Source: a virus
Lineage: Duplodnaviria > Heunggongvirae > Uroviricota > Caudoviricetes
Length of the DNA: 15,150 nucleotides
Direction: 5' to 3' (one strand)
Virus record (IMG/VR): IMGVR_UViG_3300049846_001252
This document shows positions 1 to 7,508 of the stretch, in pieces. The notes under the pieces were generated by a model. It had not been told where the DNA came from. It worked only from the letters and a program-made list of their open reading frames with translations, and searched no databases. The position numbers were made by a program, and so were the translations under genes. How positions within the stretch are numbered: the first letter of the stretch is position 1; each line of letters begins with the position of its first letter.

Positions 1-225
1 TTCTAATGTATATTCTTTAATTACTTTATTTGTTTTTAAAAAATTAGCTTCTTCAATAAAATGAACCATTCCGTGTGCTGCGTGATATATCATGGTTCTG
101 TTCAATGATTCTGATTTAAACTTCACATATACATGGGAGTAATCAGTTCCTAGATAAAATTTTATTGACTCGGCACCTATCTTTTTTTCAATAGGAGAAC
201 TGAATCCTACGGTTATAATTGCCAT
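1..225 (-). CDS. 5' part of probable permuted papain-like (YiiX/NlpC-P60 permuted) amidase/peptidase; runs off window; absent from ORF track
   Basis: ATG at 225-223, open to position 1: MAIITVGFSSPIEKKIGAESIKFYLGTDYSHVYVKFKSESLNRTMIYHAAHGMVHF... The YSHV...IYHA pattern resembles the His-first half of permuted NlpC/P60 enzymes; the catalytic Cys would lie outside the window. Confidence 0.6.
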   Translation of the reverse strand, partial: MAIITVGFSSPIEKKIGAESIKFYLGTDYSHVYVKFKSESLNRTMIYHAAHGMVHFIEEANFLKTNKVIKEYTLE

Positions 226-229
226 ATAA

Positions 230-649
230 TTACATTAAAACTTTTTCAAAATTATAATTAATTGCGACTTCCGGCGGACTATCAGTACCGACGATTCCTA
301 TGGACGTGTAAACTATTCGCAAAACAAGTCCTGTAGAAAGTTTTGCCGGATAATTTGAAGATGGAATATCTTGCTTTATTGATTCCGGATTTAAGTACCA
401 ATCGGTAATAAATTGCATTATTACGTTTTGGCCGTATAATATCTGAAAAGAAACTCGGTCTCCCCATTTAGCGTTTTTTACTAGAAAAACAGACCCTCCC
501 GCAAGGAGCACATCGTCAGATAAAGTAAAATCAATGTTCGTAGTAGTACCTAAGTCTGCCGTTTGAAACTTACTCTTAGTATCCTTATTTAGTTTAGATT
601 TTTCAAAATCGTCAATATTTCTTGGATCAAATCCTGTATTTGAAGGCAT
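230..649 (-). CDS. hypothetical protein, probably virion-associated
   Basis: 139 aa ORF tightly packed in the minus-strand operon; alternating hydrophobic pattern suggests beta structure. Confidence 0.7.
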   Translation of the reverse strand: MPSNTGFDPRNIDDFEKSKLNKDTKSKFQTADLGTTTNIDFTLSDDVLLAGGSVFLVKNAKWGDRVSFQILYGQNVIMQFITDWYLNPESIKQDIPSSNYPAKLSTGLVLRIVYTSIGIVGTDSPPEVAINYNFEKVLM

Positions 650-650
650 A

Positions 651-1475
651 TTATTCCTCAGTCCATTCTATATAACCATCGATACTATTGCCGGTTATAG
701 TCGAAGCGTTTAAATTAATTGCTAATACTTGAGAGGTTCCTCTTAATACTATTGGTTGACCGCCAGAAGGGTCTCCGAATGTAAATCCATAAGTAGGGGA
801 GGCTGAAATATTTCCCCCAGGAGTAGAACTAGGAAATAATGCTCTCTGCGATCTTATATTTCCAACAGACGTTCCTAGTGTTGGATTTGCCGTATAAGTT
901 CGAATTGTCGCTGTGGCAGCCGCGTTTACTGAATCATGAGGAACTGCTGTTCTAGTAGTTGAAGTTCCTCCAGTGTTTGCTGTAGACCTTTTTACAACAT
1001 TCACAATATTGTATGCTGCTGTCGTTTGAGTCGGAGTTATAAACATGCGCAATATTCTTACAGTTTTTGACCCCGATCCAGTAATAGTAAATATGTCGGT
1101 AGCTGACGCTGCCGCAACTAATGCGGTAAAAGATGCAGAATATGTAGCTTTTCTATTTTCGTCATTAATATATAATGAACCGACAGTATCACTCTGAAGG
1201 TCCACTCTTTGACCTGTAGTAAAAGTCGGCACTGTGTCATTATAAACTGATCCAACTTTAATAGGATTACCCGAATCTGTTGCGGCAGATGCGACATTTC
1301 CAGCAACTATTGCTGGATTAGTTGTAGTAGCAATTTCAGTGCCAGAATTATTCCTTAAGTTAATATGCAATCCGCCGTTAGACGTAGATTGAACCGGAGT
1401 CTGTTCTACACCCGTTGAATCGGAGCCTATAATTTTAACCGACTGTGCGGCTTGCGTGTCGTTTAAATCTGCCAT
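651..1475 (-). CDS. putative virion structural protein (tail fibre/whisker/decoration-like)
   Basis: 274 aa, rich in T/S/A/G/N; ATDSGNPIKVGSVYNDTVPTFTTGQRVDLQ and ATDIFTITGSGSKTV segments resemble phage tail-appendage proteins (recalled, not searched); shares a motif with the two upstream genes. Confidence 0.65.
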   Translation of the reverse strand: MADLNDTQAAQSVKIIGSDSTGVEQTPVQSTSNGGLHINLRNNSGTEIATTTNPAIVAGNVASAATDSGNPIKVGSVYNDTVPTFTTGQRVDLQSDTVGSLYINDENRKATYSASFTALVAAASATDIFTITGSGSKTVRILRMFITPTQTTAAYNIVNVVKRSTANTGGTSTTRTAVPHDSVNAAATATIRTYTANPTLGTSVGNIRSQRALFPSSTPGGNISASPTYGFTFGDPSGGQPIVLRGTSQVLAINLNASTITGNSIDGYIEWTEE

Positions 1476-1482
1476 TTATTTA

Positions 1483-2076
1483 TTATACTTCATGTCCTGA
1501 AATTGTTGTATATAAGTCTTGTGATTGATTGTCTAAGTTTGTTCTAATAACTCGCACTCTTACTCCAGCAGCAACGGCAATTGGTTCTCGTAAAGAAATA
1601 CTCATATTTGGATTTGCGGTAGAATTAAACTTAACAAATCTAGTATTAAATGAACCAGTAGCAACACCAGTTTCTACTTGTACTTCTATCTTCATTTTAC
1701 CAGAAGCAGCGCCTTCAATTTGTGTAAGTTGTAATGTTTTTAACGCAGTGACCGTATAATCGTGATTTGATGTTGCTGATGAAGCAACTGTAGCAGTGCT
1801 ATAGTTATTTATTTCATCGCCTTCCGATTCAATCATTACGACTTGTAGGGGATTAGTGCTAGAATACGCTGTACCTGATTCGTCTCTAAGATTTATATTT
1901 ATACTTCCGTCAGTATTAATGCCTAGTTGATCAGTACCATCACTAATCTTTGTCGTAATTCTTCCGCCAGAATCTACGCCTAATTGTTGTGACGTTACCG
2001 TTCCGTCTACTATCTTAACCGCAGCATCGCCATTAGACTGCGTTCTAATTGGGAGTGATGAGTTGAAATCTGACAT
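1483..2076 (-). CDS. putative virion structural protein, related to neighbours
   Basis: 197 aa; DGTDQLGINTDGSININLRDESG motif and a beta-rich C-terminal region. Confidence 0.65.
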   Translation of the reverse strand: MSDFNSSLPIRTQSNGDAAVKIVDGTVTSQQLGVDSGGRITTKISDGTDQLGINTDGSININLRDESGTAYSSTNPLQVVMIESEGDEINNYSTATVASSATSNHDYTVTALKTLQLTQIEGAASGKMKIEVQVETGVATGSFNTRFVKFNSTANPNMSISLREPIAVAAGVRVRVIRTNLDNQSQDLYTTISGHEV

Positions 2077-2099
2077 ATACTATTTCTCTCTTTCTTTAG

Positions 2100-2285
2100 T
2101 TATTCCATTAACTCTTTAATATCTTTTTCTAATTCTTGTTCGCGCTTATTTTGAATTTCTATGTGAGCTTTTAATCTTTCTATTTCATCCAAAGCTAATT
2201 CAATTTTTAATTCTAACTCTTGTCTAGCAACTTTAACTCTATTAAGCTCTAACATTCGTTTTTGTTTTTCTAATTTTTTATTCAC
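2100..2285 (-). CDS. small coiled-coil protein
   Basis: 61 aa, heptad Leu/Ile pattern, E/K-rich; start overlaps the upstream stop by 1 nt. Confidence 0.7.
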   Translation of the reverse strand: MNKKLEKQKRMLELNRVKVARQELELKIELALDEIERLKAHIEIQNKREQELEKDIKELME

Positions 2286-2914
2286 TAGCTAGCTCCTTCC
2301 AAGACATGAATTCGGGCATTGAAATCTCCGAGACTTGGACGAAGATGAGTAACTTGCACTTCAACAGTATCTCCGATTCCTAACAATAATCCTTCAGTTC
2401 CGAAAACAAATTCAGTATTTAGTGAATTACCGAAGTAAGTATATTTCTTATCTTCTACTACTGAATTTATCATCACTTCATACATTGCTATATTAGTTCC
2501 GGCTACGTCAATTCGTTTAAGTCGTCCAGCAATTCCCGCAATATAACTTGTTACTATAGTTGGAGTGGAACTTGCAACAGAAGTGACTTCGGCGTATATA
2601 GAATTGACCGTTCCGTCAGGTACAACTTTTACATCAATAGTTCCGTCAGCATTTACGTCCAGAGTATTAACTCCATCAGAAATTGCTATGTTGTCGCCAT
2701 CAGCAGCACTAATCTCAACTTGAGTTTCGTTCTGTACGTTTACATTAAGACTGCCATCAGCATTGATGTCTAATTGGTCGCCATCAGCATCTTCTAACGT
2801 AATGGTACTTATCGTTGCACTAACCTGAGCATCAACGCGAAGTCTATTATCAACCTCGTCATATGCTTGTTTTAACACTTGATTTGCGTCTAATTTTGTT
2901 CCAATGGATGACAT
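2285..2914 (-). CDS. putative virion structural protein, first gene of the minus-strand operon
   Basis: 209 aa; two internal repeats DGDQLDINADGSLNVNV and DGVNTLDVNADGTIDVKV; SD AAAGGA upstream. Confidence 0.65.
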   Translation of the reverse strand: MSSIGTKLDANQVLKQAYDEVDNRLRVDAQVSATISTITLEDADGDQLDINADGSLNVNVQNETQVEISAADGDNIAISDGVNTLDVNADGTIDVKVVPDGTVNSIYAEVTSVASSTPTIVTSYIAGIAGRLKRIDVAGTNIAMYEVMINSVVEDKKYTYFGNSLNTEFVFGTEGLLLGIGDTVEVQVTHLRPSLGDFNARIHVLEGAS

Positions 2915-2959
2915 CTAAGTCCTTTAATTCCGGGTCATATTAACTTGTTAAGAAAGTTC

Positions 2960-2989
2960 TTGACTTTTCCGGACATTGCATGGTATTAC
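2960..2989 (+). promoter_or_regulatory. possible sigma70-type promoter for the rightward operon
   Basis: TTGACT (2960-2965), then TG-G-TATTAC (2981-2989) in the 81-bp divergent spacer; the -10 is imperfect. Confidence 0.35.
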
Positions 2990-2995
2990 TAATAT

Positions 2996-3187
2996 ATGAC
3001 AAAGACACAAGACCAGATTAAATCTAAATTAGAGCAATTAAAGCTGGACATAAAGACTTATGAGCATTTTATAGGAAACGTAATGGTTACACCATACATG
3101 CTTAATAACTTTAAATGGCTTATTGAAACAGTAGAAGAATCTTTAGACCGAACAGAAGGGAATAGAAATAGTGAACCGACGCAATAA
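2996..3187 (+). CDS. hypothetical protein
   Basis: 63 aa ORF, first gene of the plus-strand block. Confidence 0.65.
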   Translation: MTKTQDQIKSKLEQLKLDIKTYEHFIGNVMVTPYMLNNFKWLIETVEESLDRTEGNRNSEPTQ

Positions 3188-3383
3188 TAACAACGAAGCA
3201 ATGTTCTATGACGAGTTAGAGAATTACTTAAACGCAAATAACTATGTTATCTATGATTATGATCTAGACGTAGACAGTGCCGGGAACGTGCTCCTTAGTA
3301 TGCAAACAGAAGACGGACGGGACCACGAGTTTCTAAACCCTACAAAGCTAGACCTAATAAAAGTTCTACGTGAATATGAATAA
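3171..3383 (+). CDS. acidic hypothetical protein
   Basis: 70 aa from GTG (alternative ATG at 3201); D/E/N/Y-rich. Confidence 0.65.
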   Translation: MNRRNNNNEAMFYDELENYLNANNYVIYDYDLDVDSAGNVLLSMQTEDGRDHEFLNPTKLDLIKVLREYE

Positions 3384-3430
3384 CTTCCTCGCTTCGCTCG
3401 GTCGTTGGAAAAATTAAAGGATAAAAAATT

Positions 3431-3625
3431 ATGAAAGTACACGTTAAAGGTTACGATCAGCCCCAGGAAGTTTTAGGTTACAGTAGTAAAAGTTTTGCCA
3501 TAAAAGAAGCCGGGACGCTTGGCGAAAAGACAACATGGGTTGTGAAGCCAGTTATGATAATTAAAGAACGGGGCAGCAATAAGATATTGGCCATAGACTT
3601 AGAGGAAGTAGAACGTGAGGGATAA
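3431..3625 (+). CDS. hypothetical protein
   Basis: 64 aa; SD AAAGGA upstream. Confidence 0.7.
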   Translation: MKVHVKGYDQPQEVLGYSSKSFAIKEAGTLGEKTTWVVKPVMIIKERGSNKILAIDLEEVEREG

Positions 3626-3642
3626 CAGCAGTTTGTCGAAAG

Positions 3643-3669
3643 GCGCGGTGCTTTCAGACTTGCTTCAAG
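3643..3669 (+). repeat. 27-bp start-associated repeat, copy 1
   Basis: GCGCGGTGC-TTTCAGACTTGCTTCAAG, 7 nt before ATG 3677. Confidence 0.9.
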
Positions 3670-3676
3670 GAATTAT

Positions 3677-3886
3677 ATGAGAGAAATAAAACTTTATGAT
3701 CTAGAACTACTATGCTCTGATTTTGGAGTAAACTTTAGTATCTCCGCAAGCCAAAATGGTTATTTGATTTATCACTTCGGTCCTGTTTCTTGGATGAAAG
3801 TTATTGGGGATAATTTGAATTGGGAAGATTATGTAAATATTAATCGCAGACTTGCCGCAACGTTTCCAGAGAAGGTATTAGGATGA
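3677..3886 (+). CDS. hypothetical protein
   Basis: 69 aa; SD AAGGA formed by the end of the repeat. Confidence 0.7.
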   Translation: MREIKLYDLELLCSDFGVNFSISASQNGYLIYHFGPVSWMKVIGDNLNWEDYVNINRRLAATFPEKVLG

Positions 3887-4149
3887 AAAAACATGTAGCG
3901 GTACTAGCCGATACTCCACAAGAATTTCACGCATTCTCAAACTCTTTTATGAATACGAAAAACTATTATTCAAAATCATATAATAAATTAGAACTCAATA
4001 ATCAAACGTTCCATATGGTACTTACTCCAGACGATGTTCGCGGGCAAAATCTAGATGGGTTTATTGGTGTGGGTCGATGGTATATACATTGGACGCCTGA
4101 GCGAATACAGAATTATATAATTCCAAATATGGCAAAGAGAACTCCATGA
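3883..4149 (+). CDS. hypothetical protein
   Basis: 88 aa; ATGA overlaps with both neighbours. Confidence 0.75.
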   Translation: MKKHVAVLADTPQEFHAFSNSFMNTKNYYSKSYNKLELNNQTFHMVLTPDDVRGQNLDGFIGVGRWYIHWTPERIQNYIIPNMAKRTP

Positions 4150-4724
4150 ATATAATCAGTATTGATTTGGAAATGAACAAGCCGTCGAACAAAATTATAG
4201 AGGTTGGCTTCTGTATTGTAAATGTTAAGAAGGAACAAATTCTAACACAGCAAAAAATTTATATACATCCAGGAGAAAAGTTGAGTCCGGAGATTGTCGA
4301 ACTCACGGGCATTACTGATGAGCTTTTAGAAAAGGAAGGCGTTGCTTCGTTGGAAGTTGCGTATAACCAAATGGTACATTGGTGTAACAAACTTCAAACA
4401 CACAAGCATCCGGTTCAGTGGGGTACTGACCATTATGAACTAAAAAAACAATTAGGCATTGATTGGGAAAATTATATTTTTTCAAGGCGGGGCATAGATG
4501 TAAAAGCTTTGTACCAAACGTACATGATGTGTGCGCCACAAGGAAAAACTGTTGCCGGATTAAGGAAGGCGTTGCAGAGTTTAGGAGAAGAGTTCCAAGG
4601 AAGACAGCATGACGCAATGGACGATGCGATAAACACTTGGCACGTTATGCGACTACTCCAGCGAAAATTTAAGTTGGCAGATTCTATAACAAAAGCTCAT
4701 GCTGAATACAATAAGAAAGACTAA
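4146..4724 (+). CDS. DEDDh 3'-5' exonuclease (DnaQ-like; ERI-1/KapD-like)
   Basis: ExoI IDLEM, ExoII WGTD and ExoIII GRQHDAMDDAINT motifs all present. Confidence 0.9.
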   Translation: MNIISIDLEMNKPSNKIIEVGFCIVNVKKEQILTQQKIYIHPGEKLSPEIVELTGITDELLEKEGVASLEVAYNQMVHWCNKLQTHKHPVQWGTDHYELKKQLGIDWENYIFSRRGIDVKALYQTYMMCAPQGKTVAGLRKALQSLGEEFQGRQHDAMDDAINTWHVMRLLQRKFKLADSITKAHAEYNKKD

Positions 4725-4725
4725 T

Positions 4726-4920
4726 ATGGCGAAGAAAAAGCTAGTTGGCTATATATGCGGAACCGATGTACTAGAGATTTCGTTAGGAGCTACTGACATA
4801 ATTATATATCCTTCGATTACTGAGTTAAAGAAAAAATCAAAGTGTTGGAAAGAATGCGGTATAGTAGAGATTAAACTATATAATCTTAAAACAAAAGTTA
4901 AGGGAACTTTATGTCTTTAA
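4726..4920 (+). CDS. small basic hypothetical protein
   Basis: ATG at 4726 directly after the exonuclease stop (ORF track starts at 4699); MAKKKLVGYICGTD... Confidence 0.65.
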   Translation: MAKKKLVGYICGTDVLEISLGATDIIIYPSITELKKKSKCWKECGIVEIKLYNLKTKVKGTLCL

Positions 4921-5129
4921 TCAGACGTTCGAACATAGATAGACTTATAAGTAAGCTTGGAATTCAAGGAGACGTAGATTATGAGATTACTAAAAATGAA
5001 AAGGGTAAGCCTGTTTTTGTTCTTTATCGGAATCTTCGGCCTGTTGCCGTTGTCAGCGACCCAACCATCCTTAGAATTAAGAACACAATTCTTAAATTCA
5101 ACGGCAGCCAGGGGGAAACAGATGTTTGA
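4911..5129 (+). CDS. hypothetical protein overlapping the cytochrome c 5' end in another frame
   Basis: 72 aa, SD AAGGGA, coupled to the upstream gene; 149 nt overlap with 4981-5352. Confidence 0.45.
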   Translation: MSLIRRSNIDRLISKLGIQGDVDYEITKNEKGKPVFVLYRNLRPVAVVSDPTILRIKNTILKFNGSQGETDV

Positions 5130-5352
5130 GTATAATTGTATTGGATGCCATAACGTTAATCCCAATAAAGACGGATCTATTGGTCCTGCCTTAGCCGGAA
5201 GTAATAAAGAACTGGTACTTTCCAAAGTTCTAAAAGGAATATATCCTGTTGGATACAAGCCTAAACGTGATACAAAAATTATGCCGGTTATGAACTGGTT
5301 AACTGTTGATGATGTAGAGTCAATTGCTAAATATTTAGAAGGTGTTAAATGA
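4981..5352 (+). CDS. secreted class I c-type cytochrome (single haem)
   Basis: SD AAGGAG 9 nt upstream; signal peptide MRLLKMKRVSLFLFFIGIFGLLPLSA; AARGKQMFEYN-CIGCH (CxxCH); GSIGPAL; candidate distal Met in KIMP; C-terminal helix DDVESIAKYL. Confidence 0.88.
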   Translation: MRLLKMKRVSLFLFFIGIFGLLPLSATQPSLELRTQFLNSTAARGKQMFEYNCIGCHNVNPNKDGSIGPALAGSNKELVLSKVLKGIYPVGYKPKRDTKIMPVMNWLTVDDVESIAKYLEGVK

Positions 5353-5663
5353 GTAAATTTAAAGTCGGGGATAGGGTTATATATAAAAAAGCTCGGGCCA
5401 AAGAAAATCTAACTTACAATTTATTTAATTCTTTCATTCCTTCTAGCGGAAATTTAGACTTAGTCCAGGCTGCGGATTTGGCGGGACATCTAATAGTTTC
5501 TAGATCTCATTTAACAAAAACTCCAATTGTTGGAGAAATTATAAAAGCACACTTCCTTGGTTCAGAAAGTGAAAACTTTAAAGTTGAATTTAGATTTAAC
5601 GGACTTACGCATATAATTAATATTGAAACAAAAGCACTTAAACTAATTAAAGGAGATAAATAA
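5349..5663 (+). CDS. hypothetical protein with N-terminal SH3/KOW-like KFKVGDRV motif
   Basis: 104 aa; ATGA overlap with the cytochrome gene; MSKFKVGDRV start is common in small phage proteins. Confidence 0.7.
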   Translation: MSKFKVGDRVIYKKARAKENLTYNLFNSFIPSSGNLDLVQAADLAGHLIVSRSHLTKTPIVGEIIKAHFLGSESENFKVEFRFNGLTHIINIETKALKLIKGDK

Positions 5664-5834
5664 ATGGAAAAATTAACACAAATGGTTCAAAAGATGGTGC
5701 CTCTAGCAATGATGTTCGGCGGGGGAGTTGCGATGGGAGCATTGGCTACTCAGACGAGTCCGGTCGGCGCTATTATAGCTGTAGGGTTAATCGGTATTGG
5801 TATGTTTTTAAATCATAAGAACAAGGCCCAGTGA
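5664..5834 (+). CDS. 56-aa two-transmembrane protein; absent from ORF track
   Basis: SD AAAGGAG at 5649-5655; MEKLTQMVQKMVPLAMMFGGGVAMGALATQTSPVGAIIAVGLIGIGMFLNHKNKAQ*; fills the gap exactly. Confidence 0.8.
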   Translation: MEKLTQMVQKMVPLAMMFGGGVAMGALATQTSPVGAIIAVGLIGIGMFLNHKNKAQ

Positions 5835-5852
5835 TTTCAGACTTGCTTCAAG
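5826..5852 (+). repeat. 27-bp start-associated repeat, copy 2
   Basis: GCCCAGTGA-TTTCAGACTTGCTTCAAG, 9 nt before ATG 5862; 18-bp core identical to copy 1. Confidence 0.9.
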
Positions 5853-5861
5853 AAATATTGA

Positions 5862-6323
5862 ATGTTTAGATTATATAGTGACCTTTTTAAGGTAGAAGAA
5901 AAATTTGACTCACTAATTGGTTATATAAAAGAAAGAGAAAGTCTTGTGAACAAAACAATACAAACTATTGGCACAATTCCTACAACTAACGTTACATACA
6001 AAGACGGGCGATGGGTTGATTCTGCCGGAGAAGAACTGCGCGGAAAAAGAATTGATGCTGAATTTTTAGCGACTAACGCATTGAATGTAAATGTCCAAAG
6101 TATTCCACAGTATGATCAAAAAATTGCCGATATAGAAAATAGAGTCGCGGCATTGGAAAAATTGGTTGAGGTTGACGAAACCAAAGTAAGTAGTAATGGA
6201 AAAGATTTGGCACTCACTTATTTATTAATTCAATTGAAATTATTAGCAGATGACCCAGTGTCAGGCTACGTTTTTGTTCCTAAAGTAATTGATGCTTATA
6301 ATAAGTATTTGGATGCAAAATGA
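5862..6323 (+). CDS. hypothetical protein with coiled-coil segment
   Basis: 153 aa; YDQKIADIENRVAALEKL heptads. Confidence 0.75.
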   Translation: MFRLYSDLFKVEEKFDSLIGYIKERESLVNKTIQTIGTIPTTNVTYKDGRWVDSAGEELRGKRIDAEFLATNALNVNVQSIPQYDQKIADIENRVAALEKLVEVDETKVSSNGKDLALTYLLIQLKLLADDPVSGYVFVPKVIDAYNKYLDAK

Positions 6324-6565
6324 TACATTGGTATTTAGTAGCCGTAATGACCAGTACAATAAATCCTAAATGGGTATCATATAACTTTCTAATAGATCTT
6401 CCTAAAGATCTTTGTCAATATATTGAAATGCAAGATAAGCTTGCGCCTACGTATATTACGGATGTTGCCGGGTATCAAGCAGTTATGACACTTGAATGTG
6501 CCGAAAATTATGAAAGATATCAGAATGTAATTAATACTAGACGAATATCAGCAGGTTGGTGGTAA
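6320..6565 (+). CDS. hypothetical protein
   Basis: 81 aa; ATGA overlap; hydrophobic N-terminus. Confidence 0.65.
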   Translation: MIHWYLVAVMTSTINPKWVSYNFLIDLPKDLCQYIEMQDKLAPTYITDVAGYQAVMTLECAENYERYQNVINTRRISAGWW

Positions 6566-6567
6566 TA

Positions 6568-7089
6568 ATGAACCTATTAGAAATCTGGCGACCTGTAATT
6601 AATTATAAGAACAATTATGAAATATCCAATATGGGTAGAGTTCGAAACATTAAGTCGGGCCACATACTAACTCCTCAACATTCCAAGAGATTAAATAATT
6701 ATACGACGGTTTGTTTAAGTAAAAATAATAAGACATCGACTTTTGCATTAGGTCGATTAGTTTTAAAGCACTTCCAGCGCGATAAAATTTGTAAGAATTT
6801 TGTGGCGCATCATATCGATTTTAATCACAAAAATAATAAAAATTCCAATCTAGTAAAGACAACTCTATCCGAACATTTTCGATTAGTTAAGAAAAAGAAT
6901 AAGGACATTGGTGTGAGTAAAGTAAATATCCGGGGTCTGGACTATTGGAGAGCAGTACTTACTATTAAAAAGAAAATAAAAACTCTTGGATATTTTCAAA
7001 CTAAACAAGAAGCTAAGGAATGTTTTCAGGAGAACTACTTTAAATATAACGGAATTTGGTTAGATATGGAAGGAAATGTAGTGGCATGA
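6568..7089 (+). CDS. NUMOD4-HNH homing endonuclease with C-terminal AP2-like DNA-binding domain
   Basis: EIWRPVINYKNNYEISNMGRVRN (NUMOD4); AHHIDFNHKNNKNSNL...SEH (HNH); GVS...WRAVLTIKKKIKTLGYFQTKQEA (AP2-like). ATG at 6568 preferred over TTG at 6556. Confidence 0.88.
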   Translation: MNLLEIWRPVINYKNNYEISNMGRVRNIKSGHILTPQHSKRLNNYTTVCLSKNNKTSTFALGRLVLKHFQRDKICKNFVAHHIDFNHKNNKNSNLVKTTLSEHFRLVKKKNKDIGVSKVNIRGLDYWRAVLTIKKKIKTLGYFQTKQEAKECFQENYFKYNGIWLDMEGNVVA

Positions 7090-7090
7090 G

Positions 7091-7117
7091 CCCCCGAGCT
7101 TTCAGAAGTGTACCAAG
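7091..7117 (+). repeat. 27-bp start-associated repeat, copy 3 (degenerate)
   Basis: CCCCCGAGC-TTTCAGAAGTGTACCAAG, 13/18 core identity, 6 nt before ATG 7124. Confidence 0.75.
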
Positions 7118-7123
7118 GAAATT

Positions 7124-7315
7124 ATGCGAGAAAAATTAATTAAACTGTTGCAAGCAAAAATTGGACTATATCCTAGGCTTCAGAAGGCGGTCAAAGCTGG
7201 CGACAGGAAAGAAGCTAAGCAGATTCACGAAACAATGGACGAACTTCAGCATCAAATTGAAGCACTAGAAGATGAATATTTAAAAAAGGTCGAAAATGAA
7301 CTTAAAAAGAAGTAA
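7124..7315 (+). CDS. small helical/coiled-coil protein
   Basis: 63 aa; SD AAGGA. Confidence 0.7.
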   Translation: MREKLIKLLQAKIGLYPRLQKAVKAGDRKEAKQIHETMDELQHQIEALEDEYLKKVENELKKK

Positions 7316-7508
7316 ATTTGAACTAGTAGAACAGGCAAATAACACGCACAGATTATTTGTTCTTGATGGTGGCCTTGCAATTCGCGTAAATCGGGTATTA
7401 AAATCATATCCTTCTGGCGCACTTAAAAGAGACTCTGAGGGCATATTTACTGTACCAGAAAATTCATGGACCAAGATTGCAAAAATCTTAGGCATTAAGA
7501 ATAGTTAA
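7296..7508 (+). CDS. hypothetical protein
   Basis: 70 aa; last gene before the convergent junction. Confidence 0.65.
   Translation: MNLKRSKFELVEQANNTHRLFVLDGGLAIRVNRVLKSYPSGALKRDSEGIFTVPENSWTKIAKILGIKNS

Noticed and set aside
2712-2726. Palindrome-array copy ATCTCA-ACT-TGAGTT in the left block
   Set aside because: Three mismatches and isolated, within chance. Similar 3-mismatch hits at 9136, 12771 and 14197 were also left out of the count.
3844-3861. Seventh copy of the 27-bp repeat (TCGCAGACTTGCCGCAAC)
   Set aside because: 13/18 identity, but it lies inside a CDS and lacks both the TTTCA start and the GC-rich 5' flank.
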